Assembly (NCBI GenBank): GCA_040217195.1
Contig: JAVJNR010000009.1
Coordinates: 128,001 to 192,000, forward strand
DNA from: Leptospiraceae bacterium
Lineage (GTDB): Bacteria > Spirochaetota > Leptospiria > Leptospirales > Leptonemataceae
Direction of reading: 5' to 3'
Length of the DNA stretch: 64,000 bases
The first letter of the stretch is position 1. Every line of letters begins with the position of its first letter. Both the position numbers and the translations under genes were made by a program. The notes under the pieces are model-generated. The model was not told the DNA's origin, did no database searches, and saw only the letters and a program-made list of their open reading frames with translations. Positions 1 through 10,533 of the stretch are shown in pieces.

Positions 1-1
1 A

Positions 2-445
2 TCGATCCTTTTCCAGATCTCTGCGCAATTCCCGAATCACTTCAAGACAGGTAGATATCTTTCGCATGCTAACCCAGGGAATCCTGTCTCTGAAAAATCT
101 CCTTTCCTGTCTTAGAAGGCTTTCTGCAGATCTGCGTCCGCTCACCGTCAAATTGATCAGATTGGATTTTTGATGTCTGGGATTCGATTCCTTGAGCAGC
201 ATACCCTGCTCAATCAGCAGATCCACCACTTGCTGCATCCTCTGTCTGCTCACTGCTTTTCTGTAGGCCAGGTCTGGAACCGTCAGCGGGCCTTCCGAGA
301 AAATTGCAAACAGAGTGAAACGCCCGGTTCGTCCACCGGGAAAAGGCTGCTTTTCTTCAATATCTTTGAACGCAAAATAAGATCTGTAGATCTCATCTGA
401 AATCTCCAGAAGTTCCATCTCGCGGCTTCGTCCATCCCGGGCCAT
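2..445 (-). CDS. MarR-family winged-helix transcriptional regulator (3' end runs off window)
   Basis: Not in ORF track; manual translation from ATG 445: MARDGRSREMELLEISDEIYRSYF...GPLTVPDLAYRKAVSRQRMQQVVDLLIEQGMLLKESNPRHQKSNLINLTVSGRR..., typical MarR HTH-wing; open to window edge. Confidence 0.8.
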   Translation of the reverse strand, partial: MARDGRSREMELLEISDEIYRSYFAFKDIEEKQPFPGGRTGRFTLFAIFSEGPLTVPDLAYRKAVSRQRMQQVVDLLIEQGMLLKESNPRHQKSNLINLTVSGRRSAESLLRQERRFFRDRIPWVSMRKISTCLEVIRELRRDLEKDR

Positions 446-572
446 ACTCCATTGGACAGTGAATTGTCATTATGGCAAGTAGATTGTCATCCTGAGCTAT
501 TTTTTCTGCATTTGAGCGACCCAACGCTTTAAGCGGATTTGACTCAAATAGTAAACCGGGCTATCAAGACCT

Positions 573-989
573 ATGATAGTAAACGTTATGCTGTGGGTAA
601 TCCTGGCCATTTTCCTGGTGGCAACCAGTTTGATTCCCGGAATTGCACCCGCCCAGATCGAAAATGTAGACACCACTGCCAGACTATTCCAGTACATCAT
701 TGGATCAATCTGGCTGGCTTTTCTTGTCTACAGCCTTTATTGTTCCTACCGGGAAAGCCTGGTAAAGACCGTTCGCAGAATGGCATCCTGGCACTGGGGA
801 AGACAGATTGGATTGGACCTTTATCTGGGACTTCTGATGTTTTGCGGGCTGATCTTCTTAGTAGAAGGAAATGTATGGATCGCTCTGGTCTGGCTGGTTC
901 CAACGCTCATTTATGGTAATCTGGTGCCTCTATTCTATGCGTTCACTAGATTGCCAGTGATTGTAATGGCTTTCCAGCAGGGGACCTGA
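573..989 (+). CDS. small integral membrane protein (DUF1475-like)
   Basis: 138 aa, four hydrophobic segments, WGRQIGLDLYLG...GN motif; divergent from MarR gene. Confidence 0.6.
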   Translation: MIVNVMLWVILAIFLVATSLIPGIAPAQIENVDTTARLFQYIIGSIWLAFLVYSLYCSYRESLVKTVRRMASWHWGRQIGLDLYLGLLMFCGLIFLVEGNVWIALVWLVPTLIYGNLVPLFYAFTRLPVIVMAFQQGT

Positions 990-1168
990 TCTACTTTCGG
1001 CTGCCCGAAATGTATACCCGCTATTTGCAGCATTGCTGCTTGCAACGGGCCTGCAGGTGGAGAAACAATGAGTTGTGGAGCTGAATTTTCTCCCTTTAAA
1101 AAAAAAACGGTGGCTTCGATACGGTACCGGGCATAATGAGCCGGCTGACCAGGCCCCGGATTTAGGTA

Positions 1169-1822
1169 GTGAAACTCTGGCTCTTAATTACAATTCCAAT
1201 GATGTCTCTGGCATTTGGCTGCTGGTTACATCCTGTTTATCAGCAGGAGAATGCGAATTCACCGCCAGAAGAGCGAAGCCTGCTGGCCCTGATAGCGGGA
1301 AGCAATTCGGACAGCTCTGCTTCCCGGGGGTTCAAATACCTTTTTGTGACATCGGCCACTCCCACAGGAGGAGCCGTAAACGGACTGTCCGGAGCGGATC
1401 TCCTTTGCCAGACAGATAGCAGAAACCCTGGAACCGGAACTTTCAAAGCATTACTTGGAATCAAGGATGTGCGTCACTGGTGCCGCTCCGACCAGGGTAG
1501 TTGTCCGGGAGGGAGCTCCATGAACTGGGTACTCAGCCCATCTACAGAATACCGTAGACTGGATGGGATTACAACAGTCGCTACATCCACCGCTGATTCA
1601 CATTTCCCTTTTCCTCTGGATAATACCTATTCCAATGATACGGATGATGCCTGGACCGGATTGGCAAGCGATATGAGCTCCAATTCAGGAACTTCGGAGT
1701 GCGGCAACTGGGTAAGCACAGGATGCTGTGGGAACCATATTGCACTTACAAACATTGTTGGTATCAACGAGGGAAACCTGAATTGCAGTTTTCCAGCCCG
1801 GCTGATCTGCGTTGAGCAATAG
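1169..1822 (+). CDS. DUF1554 / Leptospira endostatin-like (Len) exported protein
   Basis: Signal peptide ending FGC; FVTS...GLSGADLLCQ...FKALL...NWVLSPSTEYRR...WTGL...LICVEQ matches the DUF1554 pattern. Confidence 0.8.
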   Translation: MKLWLLITIPMMSLAFGCWLHPVYQQENANSPPEERSLLALIAGSNSDSSASRGFKYLFVTSATPTGGAVNGLSGADLLCQTDSRNPGTGTFKALLGIKDVRHWCRSDQGSCPGGSSMNWVLSPSTEYRRLDGITTVATSTADSHFPFPLDNTYSNDTDDAWTGLASDMSSNSGTSECGNWVSTGCCGNHIALTNIVGINEGNLNCSFPARLICVEQ

Positions 1823-1845
1823 AGAATCACCAACGACAGAATCGC

Positions 1846-1875
1846 TTGACTACTAAATAGTTCGTATATATTACT
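1846..1875 (+). promoter_or_regulatory. putative sigma70 promoter
   Basis: TTGACT at 1846 followed by TATATT/TATTAC 15-17 nt downstream, ~25 nt before ATG 1899. Confidence 0.4.
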
Positions 1876-1898
1876 GTCCGGATTTAACGGAAGCAAGT

Positions 1899-2534
1899 AT
1901 GAAAATCAGCAGATTATTAACCACATCTTTCCTCGCACTGACTATTGCAGCCCAGTGCTCTGCGCCGCCAGAAGAGCAGGTTATGGAAACCTTCCAGACC
2001 TACAAATCAGCTATTCTGGACAAGAACGGTGAACTGGCCTACGAACAGGTAGATGCCAATACCAGGAAGCGCTATGCTCGCACTCTGGATCATGCACTGA
2101 ACCTGTCTGCTGTCAAAACAAGAGAACTTCCCATTGTTGATATGATGGAAGTATTGATGGCCCGTCACATGATTGAACCGGAAACCCTTCAGGCAATGGA
2201 TGGAAAAGGATTTTTCGTTCATGCAGTCAATGAAGGCTGGATCGATGAACAGGGAGTTCGGGGCCTGGAAATTGAAATTCAGAGTGTGGAAGGAACGAAA
2301 GCCACCACGCATGTAAAGAAGGGAGAGATTACCGCTCCCATTGGCTTTGAATTTAACCTCGAAGATGAAAAATGGAAAATCGATCTAACATCCATCCTGG
2401 GTATGGCAGAAAAACAATTCCAGGGAATCATTGATCAGTCCGGTATGAGCACCGAGGAACTGATGTTTGCAGTCCTGATGGAGTTGTCTGGCCAACAGCC
2501 CACTGCGACTATCTGGGAGCCGTTAAATCAATAA
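1899..2534 (+). CDS. hypothetical lipoprotein
   Basis: 211 aa, signal peptide with AAQC lipobox; C-terminal EDEKWKID motif. Confidence 0.75.
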   Translation: MKISRLLTTSFLALTIAAQCSAPPEEQVMETFQTYKSAILDKNGELAYEQVDANTRKRYARTLDHALNLSAVKTRELPIVDMMEVLMARHMIEPETLQAMDGKGFFVHAVNEGWIDEQGVRGLEIEIQSVEGTKATTHVKKGEITAPIGFEFNLEDEKWKIDLTSILGMAEKQFQGIIDQSGMSTEELMFAVLMELSGQQPTATIWEPLNQ

Positions 2535-2570
2535 TATTCCGGTCGAAGTATGCGAAACTGACACAGAAAT

Positions 2571-3497
2571 TCAAGCTCGATGAAGTCCAAAGTATTCGGC
2601 CAGCTGGTTGCGCGCATCTGAGTATCCAGCCTGGATCAACTGGTCCGCCTGCCTTGCAGTAAAATTCAGAATAGACTGGAAACCCAGCATACGATGAGGA
2701 GCTACAGTGGCAATTCTAGTATCGCCCAGAGTTAACGTTCTACGCACCAGGCTTTGAAGCATACCCTGCTGTTCTCGCAGCTTGAATTCCCAGGAAAGAT
2801 GGGCCATAAAGGATTCGTAAGAGCCAATCAAGGATTGCTCAAATACCCTTTCTGCAGCCTGCCTGCGACTGTTGGGAAGAGGCATACGGGCACCGCCCAC
2901 CGGACTCAGTAGTACTACAATTACTTCCCGTGCCCCTCGCTCCAGAGCTGGCAGAATGGGAGTGTTGGCCATGACTCCTCCATCCCAGTAAGGCTCACCA
3001 TCTATGTACTGCCAGGGAAATAAAATGGGTATGGCGCTGGATGCCATAACATGCTCAATGTCGATGACCTGATTGTTAAAAAATTTCAGCCGAGACTTCA
3101 GAATATTTACGGCTGTGATAATGATTTCTCGATCGCTCTTTCGTAAAGTTCTGAGATCCATTCGATCCAGGATCAGGTTCTTCAATGGCTCGGTATCCAT
3201 TAAAGGACTAAACCCTCGCCTGGTAAAGAAATGAACGATCTGCTTCCATAGCGATATCCGGTAGATGCGCCCTCGTTCGATGGTTTTCCAGAGATGAACC
3301 AGTTCCTGCAGATTAAGGCCGCAGCCAATGGCGCTAGCATTTACGGCCCCCACCGAAGTGCCACAGATTAGATCTGGATTCCAGCCAATTTCCTGCAGGA
3401 ATTTCCACACTCCCACCTGATAGGCTCCCCTGGCCCCCCCGCCAGAAAGGATTAATGCTCTGTTTCGTTTTTTCTGTTGAACCGGCGCTGTTGCCAT
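2571..3497 (-). CDS. patatin-like phospholipase
   Basis: LSGGGARG, GTSVG nucleophile and WDGG motifs. Confidence 0.92.
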   Translation of the reverse strand: MATAPVQQKKRNRALILSGGGARGAYQVGVWKFLQEIGWNPDLICGTSVGAVNASAIGCGLNLQELVHLWKTIERGRIYRISLWKQIVHFFTRRGFSPLMDTEPLKNLILDRMDLRTLRKSDREIIITAVNILKSRLKFFNNQVIDIEHVMASSAIPILFPWQYIDGEPYWDGGVMANTPILPALERGAREVIVVLLSPVGGARMPLPNSRRQAAERVFEQSLIGSYESFMAHLSWEFKLREQQGMLQSLVRRTLTLGDTRIATVAPHRMLGFQSILNFTARQADQLIQAGYSDARNQLAEYFGLHRA

Positions 3498-3616
3498 GGA
3501 ATAAGAAATTTAATCAGGGGCCTGTAGAGAAAGGACAAATTGAAGGTCCGGGCATAGAAAACCCGCGGGATTTCAGCCGAATTCGCCGGGCCTTACATTC
3601 AGCGGAAACTCATTTT

Positions 3617-4090
3617 CTACTGGGAGTCTGGATGATCCGCGGAATTCTTACCTTTCTTTACCACTTTGATTCTTTGCACGTCCAGAAGGAATCGCTCCGG
3701 ATCGCCTTCATATATAGCTAAGACCAGATAGGGTCCGCTTTTAACGACATACATATAGTCAGAAGGTACTATATAACCCAGCTCATGAAAAATTCCCCTG
3801 GTGTACATAGAGTCCCGGTTGATTTTTTCATATTCAAAATCCCCGACGTTGAGTTTCTTTACGTAATCAGCCCCTTCAAAAGTATCCTCCCTGGGAAGGA
3901 CGCTTTTTAACATACGCAGGAGATTATTCTCCAGTCGGTCCTTGCGGTCGGCTTCCGGGTCCTTCTGACCATCCATGTAGGAATCGTAGTAGTCTTGATC
4001 CAGATTCTTACCTGGTTGCTCCATCTTCTGATGGAATCCACTGATTTGTGGGTCGGTAATGGCCGTAAATATATAGAAGAGTACAAGCAT
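3617..4090 (-). CDS. hypothetical protein with N-terminal hydrophobic segment
   Basis: 157 aa ORF filling the gap between patatin and FapA genes. Confidence 0.65.
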   Translation of the reverse strand: MLVLFYIFTAITDPQISGFHQKMEQPGKNLDQDYYDSYMDGQKDPEADRKDRLENNLLRMLKSVLPREDTFEGADYVKKLNVGDFEYEKINRDSMYTRGIFHELGYIVPSDYMYVVKSGPYLVLAIYEGDPERFLLDVQRIKVVKKGKNSADHPDSQ

Positions 4091-4112
4091 ACCCCGGAAA
4101 TAACCCGGGCAT

Positions 4113-5570
4113 TTGCCAAATCCAGTAGAATTTGGGGGCAGATTGGAAACATCGGCAGAAAAAGGACCTCATCGAGAACAGGTCAGACTGGAACTAAACG
4201 TTCAAAATGATATGATTGCCACTGTACGGATACGTGGCAATCCAGATACCTCATTTGCCGCCGCACAAATCTATCAGGCCCTAAATGAACACCATGTCAA
4301 ATACGGTGTGGATCAGCAGGCCATTGAAAAGGTAGTCCATACGGTGCGAAGCAGCATCGAGCCAGTCCACATAGAAGAAACTGTAGCCCGGGGGCATCCA
4401 GCCACTCCTGGCATCGATGGCAGCTACCACAGGCTTGTCCGGGAAGTAAACAAGGTCAATATTCGAGAGGATGGCAAAGCGGATTTCCGCAACATCGAAA
4501 AATTCGTCACTGTGGACAAAGGCGACCCTGTAGTTGAAATAGTTCCTGCAAGCCCGGGCAAACCCGGGTATAATCTGTACGGTGATGAAATCCATCCAGA
4601 GCCGGCAAATCCCGCTCCCAGAAAGCCGGGAAAGAACATCAGTCAGATGCCAGGCTCCAATAAGTACATTGCCAGAATCCATGGAATCTATGTGGACGAT
4701 GGAAATACAATCGACATCAGCCCGGAGCTGGTGGTGGAAGGAAATGCTGGCCTGGAAACTGGAAACATTGAGTACGATGGTAACGTTCGCATTCTGGGGA
4801 ATATTGAACGTGGCACTCAGGTTCGCGTGGGCGGGAATCTCTATGTTGGAGGCACCATCGAATCCGGGCACTTAAAGGTTGCTGGAGATATTGAAGTGCA
4901 CCAGGGAATCAACACAGCCCGACAGGGAACCCTGCAATGCAGTGGAAGTATCCAGTCCACATATATTGAAAATTCAGTCATTATCGCAGATGGCAGTCTT
5001 TATGTTCAGAAATCCATCCTGGCCAGCTATGTAATAACCCATGAGAATATTGAACTGGCATCTGGAGGTTCAGTACTGGCCGGAAGCGAAGTAGTCTGCT
5101 TTGGCAATCTCTCCACCGATCATCTGGGTAGCAAGGCGGGAAGCGTCACTCGACTGTTTATGGGCACCCATTACAAGAATACCAGACAATGGGAACAATC
5201 CAGAAAAGAACTGGAAGGCCTGGAAGAACATATAAATAAATTAACCCATTCTCTGAAGCAGTATCGCGATAAAGTGCAGCGATATCGCGGCAATCCTCCG
5301 GTGACCCTGCAGGCTGAAATACGTCAGTCTTTTCGAGAATACAAGGAGGAACTGGCAAAACAGAAACGAGCCAGATCTATTTTTAACTACCTATCCCAGC
5401 ATAGAAACAATCCTGACTCCATTCGAATCACAGCAAGACAGATGATTCATCCAGGGGCAGAAATTCGCTACCACGGGCATACAGAAAAATACACCACGGA
5501 ATCTTCGGCCACCGTTCTGGAATACTTTCCCGGTGAACAGAAGCCAGAGATTAAAGCTTTCAAGAAATGA
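4113..5570 (+). CDS. FapA / DUF342 family protein
   Basis: VARGHPATPGIDG, ADFRNI, ETGNIEYDGNVRILGNI beta-helix repeats and C-terminal coiled coil. Confidence 0.88.
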   Translation: MPNPVEFGGRLETSAEKGPHREQVRLELNVQNDMIATVRIRGNPDTSFAAAQIYQALNEHHVKYGVDQQAIEKVVHTVRSSIEPVHIEETVARGHPATPGIDGSYHRLVREVNKVNIREDGKADFRNIEKFVTVDKGDPVVEIVPASPGKPGYNLYGDEIHPEPANPAPRKPGKNISQMPGSNKYIARIHGIYVDDGNTIDISPELVVEGNAGLETGNIEYDGNVRILGNIERGTQVRVGGNLYVGGTIESGHLKVAGDIEVHQGINTARQGTLQCSGSIQSTYIENSVIIADGSLYVQKSILASYVITHENIELASGGSVLAGSEVVCFGNLSTDHLGSKAGSVTRLFMGTHYKNTRQWEQSRKELEGLEEHINKLTHSLKQYRDKVQRYRGNPPVTLQAEIRQSFREYKEELAKQKRARSIFNYLSQHRNNPDSIRITARQMIHPGAEIRYHGHTEKYTTESSATVLEYFPGEQKPEIKAFKK

Positions 5571-5857
5571 TCTACCTGCAGGGGACCCGGCAGCTCCCCA
5601 GTGGATATACATTGGCGGATTGCGCTCATATTACCTGAGCTTCAAAAAAGGATGGACCCGATCTGTGTATTCATTTATTATGAAGGCCAGTTCCAACCCG
5701 AGCGGTGTTGCCAACGAAAGAAGGCAATTAGAACAATGGTAATATAATCACTCCCATATCTTCGCTGAAACAGTCAGCTTCCGAATTCGGCATCGCGAAA
5801 TCGGATTATTATGATTTTGGATCCGACCCGAGCGTTGGACCAATACAGGAGTGAGTT

Positions 5858-6397
5858 TTGAAAGAAATAGTATATCATGTGGCCATTTCTCTGGATGGCT
5901 TTATTGCACATTTGGATGGCTCTGCTGAAGGCTTTCTGTGGGAAGGCCAGCACGTCACAGACTATCTTGAATCCCTAAAAGAGTACGATACGGCCATCAT
6001 GGGCCGCAAAACCTATGAGTCTGGTTATCAGTTTGGGATGAAACCGGGAGCCAATCCCTACCCGCATATGAGAACTCTGGTTTTTTCCAGCCGGCTTCAT
6101 TTGCCGGAGGGTGCAGATCAAGGAATCGAATGCATTGGGCAGGAGTTTATCCCATCCGTTCAAAAGCTCAAGGATGGCCCGGGTAAACCAATCTATCTTT
6201 GCGGAGGAGGAGAATTCGCAGGACTTTTGATGCAACATGATCTTGTGGATCGCTTGATCTTGAAGTTGAATCCGGTCACCTTTGGTAATGGTATTCCTCT
6301 GTGGCGATGTGCTCAGTCCGCAATCCGTAGTTGGTCCTTGAAGCAACAGATGGCCTATGGCAATGGTCTTCTATTGCTCGAGTATGTCCGAAACTAA
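5858..6397 (+). CDS. dihydrofolate reductase / RibD C-terminal family protein
   Basis: AISLDGFIA, IMGRKTYE, IYLCGGGEFA, GNGIPLW; SD AGGAG before TTG. Confidence 0.9.
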   Translation: MKEIVYHVAISLDGFIAHLDGSAEGFLWEGQHVTDYLESLKEYDTAIMGRKTYESGYQFGMKPGANPYPHMRTLVFSSRLHLPEGADQGIECIGQEFIPSVQKLKDGPGKPIYLCGGGEFAGLLMQHDLVDRLILKLNPVTFGNGIPLWRCAQSAIRSWSLKQQMAYGNGLLLLEYVRN

Positions 6398-6406
6398 TTC
6401 CGGTAG

Positions 6407-6435
6407 GCCGCGCTTTTCTCAGCGCGGCTTTTTTT
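6407..6435 (+). terminator. intrinsic terminator
   Basis: GCCGCGCT-TTTCTC-AGCGCGGC stem-loop then T7, 10 nt after the stop at 6397. Confidence 0.85.
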
Positions 6436-6577
6436 CGGATTGAGATCAGAGCAAATCCGCGAAGAAAATCTATTCGCGGATCTCGATCCAGGGCTCCAGC
6501 TTTGGGGATGTAGCCATCGTGCAAGGAAAAATGGAATTGGCCTTCCGTTCCGGAAGTACGGAAAGCTTCCAGGGTAA

Positions 6578-7819
6578 TTATCGCTTCAATCCCAGTTGAT
6601 ACTGCACTGTCTGCATGCGACCATTCACCATTTCTTTCCAGGGCCCATGCTTCTTGTTCTGAACGAAAGTGCCTTCGCCCACCACCTGACCACCGGGCCC
6701 ATAGAGCTTCCAGGGACCATTCTTGAATATGGCCGATGTATGGATTCGATCTTCGCTCTGCTCATACTTCACAAGGCCCATCGATAGTGGGCCCTCGGCT
6801 GATTTTCTTCCATTTTCATAGAGAACCGCATATTTGGGTGAGAAATCGTTGCCTTCGAAGCGAAATTGAAATATGATATTTCCCGATTTGTCCCAGAATG
6901 TCCACATACCCTGCCTGGCATGTACTCGCTGTCCCATGGCCATTTTCTGTCCCGATTCATAGTACTCGGTCCAGGTTCCGTTTCGCTTTCCTGTAGTGGG
7001 ATTGTAAGAGCCTTCTGAAAAGAGCTTACCGTTATCGTGATAGATCTTCCAGGTGCCGATTCGCTTTTCGCATTTGGTCTTATCTCCATCCGGAGGATTC
7101 TGAAGGCAGGTCAGATCGGCCCGGTAATCTCCGGTGGCCATAGGCTCCCCTGTAGGATGATAAAATGCTGCCGGACCGTCTTTAAGCCCTTTTCTGTATT
7201 CACCCACAAAGCCTTTATAGATATCCCCATCCTGGGATTTCATACATTCGGTCCACTCTCCCTGCTTGTTGTCTTCCACGTATCGCCCGGTAGAAATACA
7301 ATCGCTGTTCGCTGCCAGTCTTTCTTCCCAGGTACCGGTTTTCTTGCCATTACTGTTCTGCCCTCTGGCACGCCAGTCTCTGGTGCCCGGAAAGTAAAAT
7401 GTATCCTGGCCATTCTGAAAGTCATTTTGATACATAACCTCGCGAATCAACTGCCCTTCCTGGCTGTAAAACGTCCACATACCTTCCTTTTTTCCAGCAC
7501 TGTATTGACCTTCGCCCAGTTTTCCACCTGATGAGTAGTACTGAATCCACTGGCCTTCTTCCTTCAATTGAAGCATTTGCTTGTCGTTAAAGCCTTCTGC
7601 ATCGGAACAGCTTGCACCGGAGGGTAGTGCCACCGGTCCTTTTTGTAGTATGCTACCTGTATCTTTCTTGTAGTGTACACGGATAGTCTGAGAATTCTCA
7701 CAGAAGATATCCACGACTTTGCCAGGCTGATTTTCATCCACGGAGGCGGTCTTACAGCCTGCCATGGAAGCGAAGAAAAGAATGGAAAGGATTGGCAAAA
7801 TGCTTTTCAGAAGAGACAT
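6578..7819 (-). CDS. MORN-variant repeat lipoprotein (LIC20035-like / YwqK-type repeats)
   Basis: Repeated GxW-x-Y-x-x-x-G motifs; start moved to ATG 7819 (MSLLKSILP...MAGC lipobox). Confidence 0.8.
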   Translation of the reverse strand: MSLLKSILPILSILFFASMAGCKTASVDENQPGKVVDIFCENSQTIRVHYKKDTGSILQKGPVALPSGASCSDAEGFNDKQMLQLKEEGQWIQYYSSGGKLGEGQYSAGKKEGMWTFYSQEGQLIREVMYQNDFQNGQDTFYFPGTRDWRARGQNSNGKKTGTWEERLAANSDCISTGRYVEDNKQGEWTECMKSQDGDIYKGFVGEYRKGLKDGPAAFYHPTGEPMATGDYRADLTCLQNPPDGDKTKCEKRIGTWKIYHDNGKLFSEGSYNPTTGKRNGTWTEYYESGQKMAMGQRVHARQGMWTFWDKSGNIIFQFRFEGNDFSPKYAVLYENGRKSAEGPLSMGLVKYEQSEDRIHTSAIFKNGPWKLYGPGGQVVGEGTFVQNKKHGPWKEMVNGRMQTVQYQLGLKR

Positions 7820-7847
7820 AGGTAGAGAGGAACAAATGGTGCAGAGG

Positions 7848-8552
7848 ATGGCAAGACTTTTCAATTCAGGAACATACCTCTCTATACTGATCTGGATTGC
7901 CGGATGTTCAGCGCCAGGGCCCATTCTTCCGACGAAAGAGGCTCCTGCCGCCTCACCGGCCCTCTACGAAATGGATGCACTGCAACATAGATTCAAAAAC
8001 AATGTGGCGGCCTTCTTGCAGATTTTTCCAGGCGGAAGAACGGAACTATGGCAACTCTCCCTGAGTAGCACAGGCAAGATTCATCTGTTTCAATACATTG
8101 GACACAGCTATGACGGAAATGAGATTGAGTTTCGAGCTCAGAAATGTTTCCTGCATGCGAAGGATACTCCTGACTCTGATCTGGTCGCTCTGGAAGTATT
8201 CACCTGTGATCATCTAATCGTGGAGCTTCAACCAGCCGATTGTACGGGCTGCCTGATTACTACCAGGGGGCCCTATGGGGATGAACTCACAGATGCCTCG
8301 GACTTTCTGCTGGACCGACATCTAACGCCACTATCGTCTACCCGATATACCGGCAAAAAAATGGATGCATTTAGCGACCCTACTCAGGTATGGTACTGGG
8401 GACTGAGTCGTGAGCGAAAACCTGCGACAGGCACGACCACATCTGCGGGAACAGTCAAGACGGTTCTGGACGGATTCGTGCAGATTGAGCCGGGACCGGG
8501 ACCGGATAGAATTAGTATCCCGCTGCCGGAACCGAGCAGTGATTTGTTTTGA
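7848..8552 (+). CDS. hypothetical lipoprotein
   Basis: Start at ATG 7848 avoids overlap with the divergent gene; IAGC lipobox. Confidence 0.65.
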   Translation: MARLFNSGTYLSILIWIAGCSAPGPILPTKEAPAASPALYEMDALQHRFKNNVAAFLQIFPGGRTELWQLSLSSTGKIHLFQYIGHSYDGNEIEFRAQKCFLHAKDTPDSDLVALEVFTCDHLIVELQPADCTGCLITTRGPYGDELTDASDFLLDRHLTPLSSTRYTGKKMDAFSDPTQVWYWGLSRERKPATGTTTSAGTVKTVLDGFVQIEPGPGPDRISIPLPEPSSDLF

Positions 8553-8673
8553 TATCAGGGATTCCTACCCAGGGGATCGAATTGGATCGAATCTGTGTCA
8601 GAATGGATCCCAATCCCACCGGGGATAAAGAATGCCAGATTTAGCTCGAAATGGTATTCAACTTTCGTAATTA

Positions 8674-9543
8674 ATGTCTTTTAAAACTCTGGATAGAACT
8701 ATGCCAACTGTAGAAGAATATATAGAACAAATTCGAGACCTGGCCATTATACCCCCGGTCCTGGTTTCCGTACTTAGTCTGCCGGACGATACGGATCTAT
8801 CCTTTGGAAAGCTGGAGAATATGGTTCAATCGGACCAGGTGCTGGTAGCTCGAATGCTAAAACTGGCCAATTCCCCTTTTTACAGCCGTGGGAATCGAGT
8901 TACTGGAATCCGTCAGGTAATTACCAGACTGGGGTTTCGAACTGTTCGATCCATGGTGGCCATCGCTCTAGCAGATTCCATCTTTATGCACGGAAATTAC
9001 AGAAAGTTCAAAGATGAAGTCTGGACTCATTCCATTTCCACCGGTGTACTGGCTCATTACCTGGCCCATGACTACAAAATGAAGGAGTACGAAGATTTCG
9101 CGCTTGTGGCCGGACTCCTGCTGGACCTGGGTAAAGTGGTATTGAACTCCCTGGACAGAAAAAAATACATTGAAGTACTGACTGAATTCCTGGAAGAAGG
9201 ACAGACGAAGCCTATCGAAGAGTTTGAGGAAAAGAGATTTGGTGTTCGCTCCGAGGTAATCGCAGTGGAAGCCGCGAAATTGTGGAACCTGCCCGGTTCC
9301 GTAGTGGAAATCCTGGAACAAAGGCCTCTAAACATAGAAGAACAAAAGGATTTGTCTAGATTATTGAACCTGGCCGACCTGCTGGTGCGCAAACTGGGAT
9401 TTGGTAAAATGTTAGCCCACCACGAAAGCGAACTGGAACAGTACGCAGAGTATTACGGAATTACTCTGTCTGACGATTACCTGGAAGCAAAGAAGAAACA
9501 GATTGAGGCCGACGGACTTTACCAGTTCTGCCTGAGCCTCTAA
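8674..9543 (+). CDS. HDOD domain signalling protein
   Basis: DQVLVARMLKLANSPFY, ITRLGF, WTHS, AGLLLDLGK, LWNLP. Confidence 0.9.
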   Translation: MSFKTLDRTMPTVEEYIEQIRDLAIIPPVLVSVLSLPDDTDLSFGKLENMVQSDQVLVARMLKLANSPFYSRGNRVTGIRQVITRLGFRTVRSMVAIALADSIFMHGNYRKFKDEVWTHSISTGVLAHYLAHDYKMKEYEDFALVAGLLLDLGKVVLNSLDRKKYIEVLTEFLEEGQTKPIEEFEEKRFGVRSEVIAVEAAKLWNLPGSVVEILEQRPLNIEEQKDLSRLLNLADLLVRKLGFGKMLAHHESELEQYAEYYGITLSDDYLEAKKKQIEADGLYQFCLSL

Positions 9544-9618
9544 TCCATTTCCTGGCTCGTGCCAGAATCCAGACCTATCCTAAAATAACGGAGGCAACTC
9601 CGAAAACAGGGAAGAGAT

Positions 9619-10533
9619 ATGCACGAGCTGGATGCGATTCAGTTAAATTTCAGTAAAGATAGCTTATTTTTATTAAACATAATTCTGGGCCTGGTCATGT
9701 TTGGCGTGGCCCTGGATCTTACCGTTCATGACTTCAAACGATTATTGAGAGCCCCTCTGGCGCCCATTATCGGTCTTGTAAGCCAGTTCATTATTCTACC
9801 GGCCCTGTCCTTTGGACTCATCCAGATTCTGGATCTCAGGCCATCCCTGGCTCTGGGGGTGCTTCTGGTCGCGGCCTGTCCCGGTGGGAACATTTCCAAT
9901 TTCATTGCGCACCTGGCCAAAGGCTCAACAGCACTATCCGTCAGTATGACTGCACTTTCCACAGCTGCAGCCATTGTCATGACTCCTTTCAATATCACAT
10001 TCTGGGCCAGTTTGAACCCCGGCACCCGGCAACTACTCACCGATCTGAGTGTGGATCCGCTGGAATTGTTTGGCACGGTGGTCATGCTTCTGGGAATACC
10101 TCTGGTGCTTGGCATGTGGATTCATCATAAGTATCCAAAGACAGCTCATAAACTAAGAAAGCCCTTTCGCATCTTTTCACTTATCTTCTTTGGTGGCTTT
10201 GTTCTGGCAGCCCTGGGTGCGAACTGGACTCACTTCCTGAAATACATAGGTGCGGTATTTGGTCTGGTACTTGTGCACAATGCTCTGGCCATCGCCATGG
10301 GCTATACAGCCAGTTTTCTGGCTCGTCTGGAAGAACAGGATCGCAGAGCTGTTAGCATTGAGGTAGGTATTCAGAACTCCGGTCTGGGACTGACCCTGAT
10401 CTTCACTTTCTTTAATGGAAATGGAGGGATGGCTCTGGTGGCTGCCTGGTGGGGTATCTGGCATATCATCGCAGGGATGAGTCTTGCATTGTTCTGGTCC
10501 AGGTTTCCGCCTAAAGGACAAAGCGTCAATTGA
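9619..10533 (+). CDS. bile acid:sodium symporter (BASS) family transporter
   Basis: MFGVAL, LVAACPGGNISN, IEVGIQNSGLG. Confidence 0.92.
   Translation: MHELDAIQLNFSKDSLFLLNIILGLVMFGVALDLTVHDFKRLLRAPLAPIIGLVSQFIILPALSFGLIQILDLRPSLALGVLLVAACPGGNISNFIAHLAKGSTALSVSMTALSTAAAIVMTPFNITFWASLNPGTRQLLTDLSVDPLELFGTVVMLLGIPLVLGMWIHHKYPKTAHKLRKPFRIFSLIFFGGFVLAALGANWTHFLKYIGAVFGLVLVHNALAIAMGYTASFLARLEEQDRRAVSIEVGIQNSGLGLTLIFTFFNGNGGMALVAAWWGIWHIIAGMSLALFWSRFPPKGQSVN

Noticed and set aside
5571..5857. Possible small gene or ncRNA in the 290-bp gap after FapA
   Set aside because: No ORF with an SD and no convincing structure seen.
6578..7819. Toxin-antitoxin system suggested by YwqK-like repeats
   Set aside because: The protein is a lipoprotein with generic MORN-variant repeats and has no adjacent toxin gene.
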